Source: an uncultured bacterium (GTDB lineage: Bacteria > Verrucomicrobiota > Kiritimatiellia > CAIKKV01 > CAITUY01). From it: 64,000 nucleotides of DNA. Positions 19,200-28,287 of this stretch are shown here, piece after piece. The notes beneath the pieces were generated by a model. The model was given only the letters and a program-made list of their open reading frames with translations, had not been told where the DNA came from and did not search any database. The DNA is taken from assembly GCA_903895695.1 (NCBI GenBank), contig CAITUY010000042.1, forward strand, positions 879 to 64,878. The letters are read 5' to 3'. Made by a program: the position numbers and the translations under genes. How positions within the stretch are numbered: position 1 is the first letter of the stretch; every line of letters starts with the position of its first letter.

Positions 19200-20652
19200 C
19201 GGCCTGCGAGGCGATCTCCGCCGCCTCGATGCGGCGAACGCTGGTGCCCAGGGCCATCGCCATGCCGAGGTAGATCATGTTGCGGTAGAAGGTGATCTGC
19301 AGATCGTAGTAGGCGACGATGACCTGCCCGACGATGAACAGGATGACCATCAAGGCGAGGGCCTTGAAATAGGGATCGCGCATGGCGCGGTAGTCGATCA
19401 TGGCTTGCACGATCGCCGTGCCGAAGAACAGCCAGAAGATGGCGAAGCCGACAAACCCGGTCTTGATCCACACCCAATAAAGCGCGCAGTGGGGGATGTA
19501 ACGCCAGAGCGGGAACTCCTCGCCGATGTCGGCGTAGGGCACGACGATCAGGTACTTGTTGCCGAAACCGATGCCGAACGGATAGGCCCGGACGGTCGCC
19601 TTGAGATTGAGCAGTTCCAACTTCCGCCACTCGGTGGACTCGTTATCGACCGTGCCCTCCTGTTTGACGAACATGGACTTGATCTTCTGCGCCGGCATGG
19701 CCAGCCCGCCGCTCTTGTTCCAAAAGGCGGCGGTATAAACGGCGAAAAGCATGGCAACCGGGATCACGACGCGCAACGCCTGGAGCAGGCGTTCGCGCGG
19801 CAGCATGGCCACGACAATGCCCAGGCTGAGGCCGAGCACGCCGTAGGTGATGCGGCGTTGATTGAAAACGAACGTGAGCATGTTGGTGGGCAACGTGGCC
19901 AGCATGAACTTGAACTCCCGGCCGCGGTAGCCGAGGAAATAGCAGGCCGCGAGGAGCACGACGACCGTGACGATGAACAGCGAGTCCTCGTGGCCCAGGA
20001 TCGCGCGCAGGCTCCCCAGATCGCCGTGGCGGGTGATGAAATAGCGCCAGCAACCCTGGAACCCCTTGATGGCCACGCCGACAATGATGATCCACACGCA
20101 GATCCGTACCTGCCGCCGCGTGCGGATGATCTGGGCCGCGATGAAGTAGACGAGGCACAGGTAGTAGAGCGCGCGGATTTCCCACAGCGCCGCCTTCCAG
20201 TCCCCGCCGCGCGCCAGGCCGAAGCCCGTGAAGAACACCATCATCAGCAGAAACACGACGGCAATGCCGACGTTCGGAATCCGGTAGAGATGCCACTCGC
20301 GGCTGACCATGGCACGGAGGAACCAGGCGCCGACGACGACCGCGAGCAGCAACTCGACCGGGTTGAAGACCAGCGGGCCAATACCCGTGCTGCTGTTCAG
20401 GTTGAGGTAGAACGGCACCTTCGTGGTGACCGCGTCCACAAATCCAAAAACACGAAACTGGTCGAGCACCATGGTGGCGCCCAGCAGGATGTACAAGCCC
20501 AGATCCAGGTGACTCACGAGCAGCCACATCGCGAGGACGCCCACGCACAGCGCGGGGATGACGAGGCCGTTGGCGTTGGTCAGCCACAGCAGGCCGGCGC
20601 CGAACGCCGACACCCCAACGGCGGCGATGACGGAGGTGGAGGGCGGGCGCAT
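19189..20652 (-). CDS. O-antigen ligase / Wzy-like polymerase
   Basis: Multi-TM protein with NQRR and a periplasmic loop S..WR..E...YPFGIGFG...PH...W.KTG.VG. Confidence 0.85.
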   Translation of the reverse strand: MRPPSTSVIAAVGVSAFGAGLLWLTNANGLVIPALCVGVLAMWLLVSHLDLGLYILLGATMVLDQFRVFGFVDAVTTKVPFYLNLNSSTGIGPLVFNPVELLLAVVVGAWFLRAMVSREWHLYRIPNVGIAVVFLLMMVFFTGFGLARGGDWKAALWEIRALYYLCLVYFIAAQIIRTRRQVRICVWIIIVGVAIKGFQGCWRYFITRHGDLGSLRAILGHEDSLFIVTVVVLLAACYFLGYRGREFKFMLATLPTNMLTFVFNQRRITYGVLGLSLGIVVAMLPRERLLQALRVVIPVAMLFAVYTAAFWNKSGGLAMPAQKIKSMFVKQEGTVDNESTEWRKLELLNLKATVRAYPFGIGFGNKYLIVVPYADIGEEFPLWRYIPHCALYWVWIKTGFVGFAIFWLFFGTAIVQAMIDYRAMRDPYFKALALMVILFIVGQVIVAYYDLQITFYRNMIYLGMAMALGTSVRRIEAAEIASQAGKQ

Positions 20653-20660
20653 GCGGCAGC

Positions 20661-20795
20661 CTAAAACGTCAGGCGCGTGAAGAGCAGGACGCCCACGATG
20701 GCCAGCATCATGGCCACGATGGTCCAGCGGCCGATCTCGCGCACCACGGCGCCGGTGGTGAAGAAGATCGCCAGCATGAGCAGGATCATCTTCAT
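20661..20795 (-). CDS. 44-aa two-helix membrane microprotein (not in the ORF track)
   Basis: Reads MKMILLMLAIFFTTGAVVREIGRWTIVAMMLAIVGVLLFTRLTF*. Fills the gap between wzc and the polymerase gene, with GC-rich third codon positions. Confidence 0.75.
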   Translation of the reverse strand: MKMILLMLAIFFTTGAVVREIGRWTIVAMMLAIVGVLLFTRLTF

Positions 20796-20799
20796 GCGA

Positions 20800-23130
20800 T
20801 CACACCCAGCGATAGAGCCACTCGGGAATCCAGTACTCGGTGTAGTTCACAACCACCCCGACGAGCTTCTCCCGCGGCAGTCTCCGGGCGGCGGCTTCGA
20901 TCACTTTCGCCTTGGTGGCGTACAACTGGCTCACTAGCAGCACCCCGTCGGTCTGCGGCGCGATCAGCAGGCCGTCCGAATGCGACGTAAGGTCGGGGAC
21001 CTCGATCAACACGACGGCGAAACGGTCGCGCGCCTGGTCGAGCAGGCGGCTGAAGGCGGCGGAGTTGAACAGCACCTCGCCATACTCGATCGTCTTGCCG
21101 GCTGGCAGCAGCGAAAGGTTCGGATTCGCGGTCGCCACGATCGCGCCGTCCAGCGCCACGCGACCGTCGAGCACATCCCCCAGCCCCGGCACGCCGCCGG
21201 CCTGGAACAAGGCCGACAAACCCGGGCTCTGCAGGCTGGCATCCACCAACAGCACCGGTTGCCGCAGATCGCTGGCCAGCACCACCCCGAGGTTAGCTGT
21301 CAGCAGCGTCTTGCCCTCCCGAGGCTTCGCGCTGGCGACCATCAGAACCAGCGGCGCGGGGGGCTCATAGGCGGCGCGGACGGCGATGCCGATATGACGG
21401 ACGCGCTCCATGAAGTCATCCAGGGCCTCCTCCTGCGGATCATCCGACGCGCCCGCCCGCTGCACCCGTGCGGCGCTCACGAGGAAGCCGGGCGACACGG
21501 TCCAAGGTAGATCGAAACGGCGGGCGCGGAAGGCCACTCCCAGCCCCGCCTTGAGCCGCGCGGTCGCCTTCCGGGTCCAAGTCCAGCGCGGCCGGCTGGT
21601 CGCCGCCACCAACCGATCCAAGGGCTTCTGCAGCCAGGCCGGCAGGATCAGCGGTGCCTTCCCCCGGTACAGCTTGGGCAGGGCGCCAATCAGCGGCACT
21701 CCCAGCCGCCGGCTCAGGTCGCCCGGCCGGCACAGCCTCGGATCCCCGAACTCCAGCACAAAGACAATCAGGAACCCGAGGCAGAACCCGCCGCCCACGC
21801 CGGCCGCGAGAAAATTCTTGCGGATCGGCTTGTACCGCGACAGCGCGACGAGGGGCGGATCGATGATGGTAAAACGGTTGGTCTGCTGCTCGAACTCGAC
21901 TTCGCGGGAAACGCGAGCCTGCTCCAGCTTCATGCGCAGGTTGTCATAGATCTCCCGCGTCAGCTTGACCTCGCCCTCCATCCGCGCCTGGTCCCGTTCC
22001 AGTTGCGGGACGGCCAGGAGTTTCTGCCGTGTCTCGCCCGCCATGCGGTTGAATTCCTCGACCTTCTGTTCCAGGACCTTGATCTTGATGCGCGCGTCTT
22101 CCCGGCGGGCCGTAACCTCCTGGAAGACCGGCGAGCGTACTTCCTGGGTCTCGGACGCCTGGTTCTTCTCCTTCTCGTGTTCCAGCAGGTCCTTGATGTA
22201 TTCCATCTCGCGCTGGAGCTTGAGCACTTCGGGGTGCGATTTGTCCCGCGTGGCCAGCAGGTTACCCATCCGCAACGACAACTCCTGGTACTGGCGCTGA
22301 TACGGCGTGTTCTGGACGAAAAGGGCCTGCGAGACCACCATCGGCTTCTCGCCGGCCAGCCGTTCGGTCAGCAGCTTTTCGTTCAGGTGCTCCTGCTTGA
22401 GTTCCAGATCGGCGTCCAGCGCCTTGGCGGTGTAGTCGTGCAACTGGCCTCCGAGGCCCAGGAGTTGCTGCAACGTCTCGGCGTTCGCCTGGCGGAAATC
22501 CTGAAGCGCCCCCTCCATGCGCTCAAGTTCCTCGCGATAATGATCGAGTTCCTTCTGGATGAAGTCCACCGCGGCCATCGCCTCGCGCCGGCTGCCGTGC
22601 AGGCTCTTCTCAATGAACAAACGGCTGATGGCATCCACCAGGTCCCGGGCCATCACCGGATCCGCCGCCGAACAGCCGATCTGAAACGAGTCCGCCGCCA
22701 GGCCGATCAGATGAATGTTCGCGCGAATCTGGTTGACCAGTGCCTCAAGTTCCGCGTCGTTCCTGAGCTTCTTGTCCAATCCCAGCTTGCGAATGGTGTC
22801 CTCGATCAGCGGCCGGCTGTAGATAATCTTCTGGAACGAGCCCAGCCGGTTGTAATCGGTCATCGCCACGGCCGTTTCATACCGGACCAGCGGGTTGAGA
22901 ATGTCCTCCTTGCCCAGCAGGATCGTGGTCGAAGACATATAGCTGGGTTTGACGATGAGGCTGGCCAGCAGGCTCAGAATCGGCGTCAGGATCAGCACGA
23001 CCAGAAAAAGTCGCTTCCGGCGGAACACGGTTTCCAGGAGGTAACGCAGACTGAAATCGCCTGCGACGCGCGTCTCCGGCGTCGTGGGCTGGGTCCGTCT
23101 GGGCACCTTGCTGCTCATCCGCGGGATCAA
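20800..23130 (-). CDS. wzc: Wzc/GumC-type polysaccharide co-polymerase with BY-kinase-like C-terminal domain
   Basis: TM - periplasmic coiled coil (HPEV) - IDPP..P - TM - Walker A SAKPREGKT. Alternative start at ATG 23118. Confidence 0.88.
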   Translation of the reverse strand: MIPRMSSKVPRRTQPTTPETRVAGDFSLRYLLETVFRRKRLFLVVLILTPILSLLASLIVKPSYMSSTTILLGKEDILNPLVRYETAVAMTDYNRLGSFQKIIYSRPLIEDTIRKLGLDKKLRNDAELEALVNQIRANIHLIGLAADSFQIGCSAADPVMARDLVDAISRLFIEKSLHGSRREAMAAVDFIQKELDHYREELERMEGALQDFRQANAETLQQLLGLGGQLHDYTAKALDADLELKQEHLNEKLLTERLAGEKPMVVSQALFVQNTPYQRQYQELSLRMGNLLATRDKSHPEVLKLQREMEYIKDLLEHEKEKNQASETQEVRSPVFQEVTARREDARIKIKVLEQKVEEFNRMAGETRQKLLAVPQLERDQARMEGEVKLTREIYDNLRMKLEQARVSREVEFEQQTNRFTIIDPPLVALSRYKPIRKNFLAAGVGGGFCLGFLIVFVLEFGDPRLCRPGDLSRRLGVPLIGALPKLYRGKAPLILPAWLQKPLDRLVAATSRPRWTWTRKATARLKAGLGVAFRARRFDLPWTVSPGFLVSAARVQRAGASDDPQEEALDDFMERVRHIGIAVRAAYEPPAPLVLMVASAKPREGKTLLTANLGVVLASDLRQPVLLVDASLQSPGLSALFQAGGVPGLGDVLDGRVALDGAIVATANPNLSLLPAGKTIEYGEVLFNSAAFSRLLDQARDRFAVVLIEVPDLTSHSDGLLIAPQTDGVLLVSQLYATKAKVIEAAARRLPREKLVGVVVNYTEYWIPEWLYRWV

Positions 23131-24125
23131 TTCTTCTTGTTGAGGGTCTGCAGGGTCGCGCCGAGCAACACCGTGTTGATCGACGGCGTCAACTGGCCGA
23201 GGTAGTAGTTGAACGTCGCCACGCCCTTGCGCGGCACGTAAACGATGTCGCCGGACTCAATCGCCGGGTTGTCCGTGACTTTGCCGCCCAGCATGCCCTG
23301 CATGTTCACGGTCAGGACCGTGGCCTTCCCGGACTTGTCGCGTCGGACCACGCGCACCTTGCTCAATTGCGCATCATGCGTTTCGCCGCCCGCGAGCGCT
23401 ACTGCCCGGACCACGTCCACGTCCTGGCCCCGGGCGAACACGCCGGGCCGAGCCACTTCACCGAGCACGTAGAAGGTGTGTTCCTCGTCGGCCTTGACGT
23501 AGACGGCATCCTCCGGCAACAGGGGGATGTTCAACGTACGATCGCCTTTGCGCAGCAGGTCATAGAGATTGATCTCGATCACCGTGCCGCGCCCGCGCAC
23601 CACCGTGCAACCGCGCATATCCGCCTTGTCCGTCAGTCCTTCCGCCCGCGCCAGGGCACTGAGCAGCAACGGCCGGCCCGGGAAGTTGTACTGACCCGGC
23701 TTGCGCACCTCGCCGAGCACGAAAATGCGGTTGTTGTTGTACTCCTGAACGATGATGTTGACCGTCGGGTTCAGGTAGGCGGGCTTCAGCAAGGCCTCGA
23801 TCTTCGCCTCCGCCTGCTCCCGGGTCAAGCCGTCCAGGCTCACCACCCCCACGCCCGGCACCGTGATCTTGCCGTCGGGGCCGATGACGTAATTGCGGTT
23901 CAGTTCCGCCACGTCCATGGCATAAAGTTGCACCACGTCGCCGGCGCCCAGCAGGTAGTCGCCGGCACCGATCTCCAGCGTCTTGAGCTGTTCAGCCGTC
24001 AGCCCCATGGAGGGCTGGTTTGTCGCCTCCGAGGGCGCCCCGCCGGCCTCGGGAGCGGCCCGCGGCGGGACGGTCACGCAGGCGGACAGGCCGAGAAGCA
24101 GTAAGATAGAGGCCGCTTTGTTCAT
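23127..24125 (-). CDS. wza: Polysaccharide export lipoprotein (Poly_export + SLBB domains)
   Basis: Lipobox LSA|C, Y.LG.GD, DGKITVP.VG, and VLGEV..PG twice. Confidence 0.9.
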   Translation of the reverse strand: MNKAASILLLLGLSACVTVPPRAAPEAGGAPSEATNQPSMGLTAEQLKTLEIGAGDYLLGAGDVVQLYAMDVAELNRNYVIGPDGKITVPGVGVVSLDGLTREQAEAKIEALLKPAYLNPTVNIIVQEYNNNRIFVLGEVRKPGQYNFPGRPLLLSALARAEGLTDKADMRGCTVVRGRGTVIEINLYDLLRKGDRTLNIPLLPEDAVYVKADEEHTFYVLGEVARPGVFARGQDVDVVRAVALAGGETHDAQLSKVRVVRRDKSGKATVLTVNMQGMLGGKVTDNPAIESGDIVYVPRKGVATFNYYLGQLTPSINTVLLGATLQTLNKKN

Positions 24126-25756
24126 GACTTTTGCGGAAATCTCAGGTGATAGATGCTGCGAGGCGCCAGGGCCCGTCGCACGCCATCTCTTTGCACCGGA
24201 ACCGGTTCCTTCGTCGCTTCAATGCCGTCCCCCTGTTCGCCGACACGGTATTCATTCCCCGGAAGCAGGTCAATGCCTTTGAACTCGACCCTGAGGGTTT
24301 GCGTCAACGCCGACTTGTTGACGACGATGAGGGTGACGACCTTCCGCTCCTCGTCGCGAGCGGCATACACAGACAGGCGCTCATGGCCCTCGGCCGGGGT
24401 CGTCCAAGCGACATCGAGGCGCGCGTTGCCGAAGGCGGCCTCGTGGCCGTCCGCGTTCCGATACAAAGCGTAGGCTGCCGCCGTCGGCGACCCTTCCTGC
24501 GGATAGGTCCAGTAGCAGGCCAGATCGAGCCCTTCGCGGCCGAAGATGCCCAGGATGTCGGCCAGCGCCAGCGCGCCGCTGATATCCTCCTCACCGCCCC
24601 AGTTGTACTCAGTGATGCCGGTCTTCAAGCCCGGATAGTACCGCCCCACCCAGCGCTGCAACCGCGGGATCAACGTGATTCGGTCGTTGATCCACGAAGG
24701 ATCCCGGTAGGCCGGATCGAAAAGCGAGCGTGTTGTCTCGACCCGCAGGGCCGTCGCCTTCACATCGACGGACGCGGAGTGCACGCCTTCGGCTTGCGGA
24801 TAGAAGTGAACCGTCACGACGTCCAGCAGCCGTTCGCCCGTACGATCCTCGTGCGCCTTCAGTTGTTTGAGGAACCAGGGCAGGAAGTCCTCTCCGCCGT
24901 GACTGGCCCGATCGCGGTTGCTCCCGGTCTCGCGGTCCAGGGCGGACTGGGCATAGGCCGGCCAGCCCCATAGATCCGGGCCGGTAATGGGAGCGCCCGG
25001 CGCGGCCTGACGGACCGCGTGTGCCATGGCGACGAATTTCTCCAGATACTCGTCGTAGGACACCGGGTTGGGATGCACGTCGCGATGCGTGACGTTCCAC
25101 AGCATGGGCTCGTTGCCCAGCGCGAACAGCACCCGGTGCTCTTCGAATAGCTTCGGGAACTCCTGCTCCATTTGGCGGATCCACTCGGCCACAAAGGACG
25201 GGTCGGCCACCACGGAGGTATCGGAACGATCATTCCCAGTCACGGGCTTCCCATCCGGCCGTAATCCGTTGCCGGCATCCGGACGGCCCGGGTCGGTCTT
25301 CTCCTGCGGCCCGTATTTGCGCACGGAAAACGATGTCGAATGCGTGTCTTTAGCCACAAATCCCACCAGCGGCAGCGTCACCAGTGCCCGTCCACCGGAC
25401 TGTTCGGCCCGCCGCAGGAAGCCCTGCCAGGCGTTATGCTCGACGGCCACGTTTTCGAAGAACCAGTCGTTACCGGTGTTCCACGCGTCGCCCAGCTTCC
25501 AGTTGTACCGGCAGGCCGTATTGCCCCCCCAGCGGTTCAGCGGTACGCAGGCATTGGTTAGCAATCGCAGCGGCGCCGCGGCCATGCCGTATATGTCAGG
25601 CGAAATCTGCTGGGGCTTCGCCGGGAGACTGATCCGGCACGTCGGCATCGGTGCAAGCAAGTCCGCGGCGTCCACGCGCCCGGCCGAGGCCGCCATGAGC
25701 CCGGCGATGCTGGCGGCGCCAAGTGCTCCGGCTATCCGCCATCGCTGTCGCGTCAT
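24122..25756 (-). CDS. GH44 endo-beta-1,4-glucanase, exported
   Basis: ISPDIYG, RWGGN...RYNW, acid/base LGNEP.LW, H.YPQ, nucleophile ITEYNWG. N-terminal signal-like segment. Confidence 0.9.
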   Translation of the reverse strand: MTRQRWRIAGALGAASIAGLMAASAGRVDAADLLAPMPTCRISLPAKPQQISPDIYGMAAAPLRLLTNACVPLNRWGGNTACRYNWKLGDAWNTGNDWFFENVAVEHNAWQGFLRRAEQSGGRALVTLPLVGFVAKDTHSTSFSVRKYGPQEKTDPGRPDAGNGLRPDGKPVTGNDRSDTSVVADPSFVAEWIRQMEQEFPKLFEEHRVLFALGNEPMLWNVTHRDVHPNPVSYDEYLEKFVAMAHAVRQAAPGAPITGPDLWGWPAYAQSALDRETGSNRDRASHGGEDFLPWFLKQLKAHEDRTGERLLDVVTVHFYPQAEGVHSASVDVKATALRVETTRSLFDPAYRDPSWINDRITLIPRLQRWVGRYYPGLKTGITEYNWGGEEDISGALALADILGIFGREGLDLACYWTYPQEGSPTAAAYALYRNADGHEAAFGNARLDVAWTTPAEGHERLSVYAARDEERKVVTLIVVNKSALTQTLRVEFKGIDLLPGNEYRVGEQGDGIEATKEPVPVQRDGVRRALAPRSIYHLRFPQKS

Positions 25757-26307
25757 GTGGCTTCCAGGGCTCGCAGCATACGGGCGGGCACGCCCGCGGC
25801 GAGCACGTTGGGCGGGATATCGCGCGTCACGACGGCCCCGGCGCCGACCACGGCCCCTTCCCCGATACTCACGCCCGGCAGCACCGTGACCCGCGCGCCC
25901 AGCCACGCGCCGCAGCCGACGCGAACCGGCTTGCACTCCGACTGGCCCGCACGGAACGTGGGCCGGCCGATCGCATGGGTGACCGTGAGAAACAGGCATT
26001 CCATCCCGACCGAAACGCCATCCTCCAGCACAATGTCACCGCCCAGGTTGAAGGCCACGCCTTCATTGAGGTAACAGTTCTGTCCAATGCTGAGGCACTT
26101 GGCTGGAGAGCCGTTTCCCGTGAGATGCAACGACCCGGAAAGAACCGTGCCGCGGCCGATCCGCAAGCCACCGAGCCGGTACAGACGCGGGCGCAACCGC
26201 AACCCGGTTCCCGACGGGATCAGCGCCCCCAGAAGCCGAACCAGCCTCCACCGCGGGTGCAGACCTTCGATTTCGCTTACGAACAGGGATTTCACAGAAC
26301 CATTCAT
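25753..26307 (-). CDS. Hexapeptide-repeat O-acyltransferase
   Basis: LTVTH and [42 protein letters not shown]. Confidence 0.92.
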   Translation of the reverse strand: MNGSVKSLFVSEIEGLHPRWRLVRLLGALIPSGTGLRLRPRLYRLGGLRIGRGTVLSGSLHLTGNGSPAKCLSIGQNCYLNEGVAFNLGGDIVLEDGVSVGMECLFLTVTHAIGRPTFRAGQSECKPVRVGCGAWLGARVTVLPGVSIGEGAVVGAGAVVTRDIPPNVLAAGVPARMLRALEAT

Positions 26308-26370
26308 GGCGGAAATACCCTTGCACAACGCCAGGGCTGAATCAAGCCTTGCAGCGGGCAGAATTGGAAC

Positions 26371-26399
26371 TTCTCAGGCGTCAGGACGTGGCCTATAGT
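26371..26399 (+). promoter_or_regulatory. Putative sigma70-type promoter of the WecG/TagA-STAS gene
   Basis: TTCTCA-N17-TATAGT in a divergent intergenic region. Confidence 0.4.
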
Positions 26400-26429
26400 G
26401 GCCGAAACCGCGTGACTTGGGGGACATTC

Positions 26430-27932
26430 ATGGGCGAAGGGCAGACACCGCAACCATCGACCGTCGTTGTACTGGGAATCCCCTTCCACAACGTCAGCTT
26501 CGAAGAAACGGTGGCTTGGGCGCGCGACCGGATTCGATCGCGGAAGCCCGGTTACATTGCCACGGCGAACATCGACTTCGTCATGCAGGCCCGGCGCGAC
26601 CCGGAACTGCAACGCATTCTTCTCGAAGCCGACCTGGTAGTGGCCGATGGCATTCCCATTGTGTGGCTCTCGGGCTGGCTCGGCCCGCGCCTCAAGGCCC
26701 GCGTGACAGGCAGCGACCTGGTCCCCCTGTTTGCCGAGATGGCCCGCGACAATGGGTTCTCGCTCTTCAACCTCGGCGGAGCGCCGGGCGTGGCAGAGAA
26801 GGCGGCTGAAGTCCTGGTGCAACGCTTCCCCGGCCTGCGGATCGCCGGCTGCTACTCGCCGCCCAAGGCGGACGTACTGAACATGAACCACGCCGAAATC
26901 CTGGCGAGGCTTGAGGCAGCCCAGCCCGACCTGCTGCTCGTGGCCTTCGGCGCGCCCAAGCAGGAGAAATGGGTCAACTTCAATCTCGGGCGCTTGAAGG
27001 TTCCGGTCTCCATCGGCATCGGCGGCTCGCTAGATTTTCTGGCGGGCGCCCAGACACGGGCGCCGAAGCTCGTGCAGCGGCTGGCCCTGGAGTGGCTCTG
27101 GCGCATGCTGAGCGACCCCCCCCGCCTTTTCCGCCGCTACGTGGGGAACATCGGGTTCCTGTTTTCGGCCGTCATGAAACTGCTGGCCGCCCGACTCGGC
27201 GCGGATCGGGCTGAAGAGCCGCTGGCCGGCTCGGCGGCCGCCGCGGAACTGGGCCGGCTCGCACTCGTCGAGGCCTACGTGCGCATCCGCGACGCCGTCG
27301 AAGCGGAGGCGTTTCAGGCCCGCCTCGCCGCCCTGCCGGACAGCCGTCCCATTGTATTGGACCTGGCCGGGGTGCCCTGGTTGTCGAGCCTCGAGCTGGG
27401 CGTGCTCCTGCGCCTCACCACGTTCTGCCGCGGTCGCAACCAGGGCCTGCTCCTGACCGGCATCGGCACGCGTGTACGGCGCCTGCTGGCCCTGTACCGC
27501 CTGACGGAGTACCTGGAGCTTACGGACGCGGCCGGGGCGATTGCCGCAGCAACCAAGGCCTGTGACGCGTCCGCCCGCGAAGGCCGGATCGACCGCGCCG
27601 AACAGGGCCGGCTGACGGCGAGCTTGCCGACCGAGCTGATGGCGGCCAACCTGGACGGGTTCAAGCGACTCTGGGAGGCAAACCCCGACCTGCCGTCGGC
27701 TCGCGAATGGATTCTTGACGCGTCGCTGACGCGCTTTGTGGACAGTGCGGCGCTGGGTTTCTTCGTTGGCCTGAAGAAACGCGCGACCGATGCGGGCATT
27801 GCGCTCCGTTTTACGGGTGTCCAGGCGCGCGTCCGCCAGACGTGCCGTATCGCCAGGGTGGAGTCCGTGTTGCTGGAGCCAGAAATCCCGCCCGCGGACG
27901 CTACGACGTCGCGCCCGCCAGCACCTCGCTAA
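26430..27932 (+). CDS. WecG/TagA/CpsF (GT26) glycosyltransferase fused to two STAS domains
   Basis: T.N.DF, ADG.PIVW, RVTGSDL, FGAPKQEKW, RAP..Q..LEWLWR, then IVLDLAGVPWLSSLELG and ILDASLTRFVDSAALG. Confidence 0.9.
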   Translation: MGEGQTPQPSTVVVLGIPFHNVSFEETVAWARDRIRSRKPGYIATANIDFVMQARRDPELQRILLEADLVVADGIPIVWLSGWLGPRLKARVTGSDLVPLFAEMARDNGFSLFNLGGAPGVAEKAAEVLVQRFPGLRIAGCYSPPKADVLNMNHAEILARLEAAQPDLLLVAFGAPKQEKWVNFNLGRLKVPVSIGIGGSLDFLAGAQTRAPKLVQRLALEWLWRMLSDPPRLFRRYVGNIGFLFSAVMKLLAARLGADRAEEPLAGSAAAAELGRLALVEAYVRIRDAVEAEAFQARLAALPDSRPIVLDLAGVPWLSSLELGVLLRLTTFCRGRNQGLLLTGIGTRVRRLLALYRLTEYLELTDAAGAIAAATKACDASAREGRIDRAEQGRLTASLPTELMAANLDGFKRLWEANPDLPSAREWILDASLTRFVDSAALGFFVGLKKRATDAGIALRFTGVQARVRQTCRIARVESVLLEPEIPPADATTSRPPAPR

Positions 27933-28287
27933 GCGTGGCGAGCAGTTCCTCACGACGGATCGGTTTGAGCAAGGCCTTGGCCGCGCCCAGGTGCATCGCC
28001 GCTTTCAATATCCCCACGTTACTGTGAGTACCGCCGCCCGACATGGCCACAATTTTCGCATTCACGTCGAGGAGCCGGAGATCGCGAATCGTTTCGAGCC
28101 CGTCCTTGACGGGCATGAACAGATCCAACAGAACAACGTCGGCCGGCTGAGCCGCGTACTGCTTCAGCCCCTGGACGCCATCCTCCGCCTCGCAAACCTC
28201 GTAGCCCGCCGGCTCCAACTGCCGCCGTATGACCACCCGGATATCCGCCCTGTCTTCGATGATCAGTACTTTAGGCATGGTTTGCAT
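27901..28287 (-). CDS. Single-domain response regulator
   Basis: VLIIED, LLDLFMP..DG, MSG, KP. Alternative start at 28278. The 3' end overlaps the convergent GT26 gene. Confidence 0.9.
   Translation of the reverse strand: MQTMPKVLIIEDRADIRVVIRRQLEPAGYEVCEAEDGVQGLKQYAAQPADVVLLDLFMPVKDGLETIRDLRLLDVNAKIVAMSGGGTHSNVGILKAAMHLGAAKALLKPIRREELLATLSEVLAGATS

Noticed and set aside
27901..27932. 32-nt convergent overlap between the GT26-STAS and REC genes as antisense regulation
   Set aside because: Short 3' overlaps are common in compact GC-rich genomes, and there is no further support.
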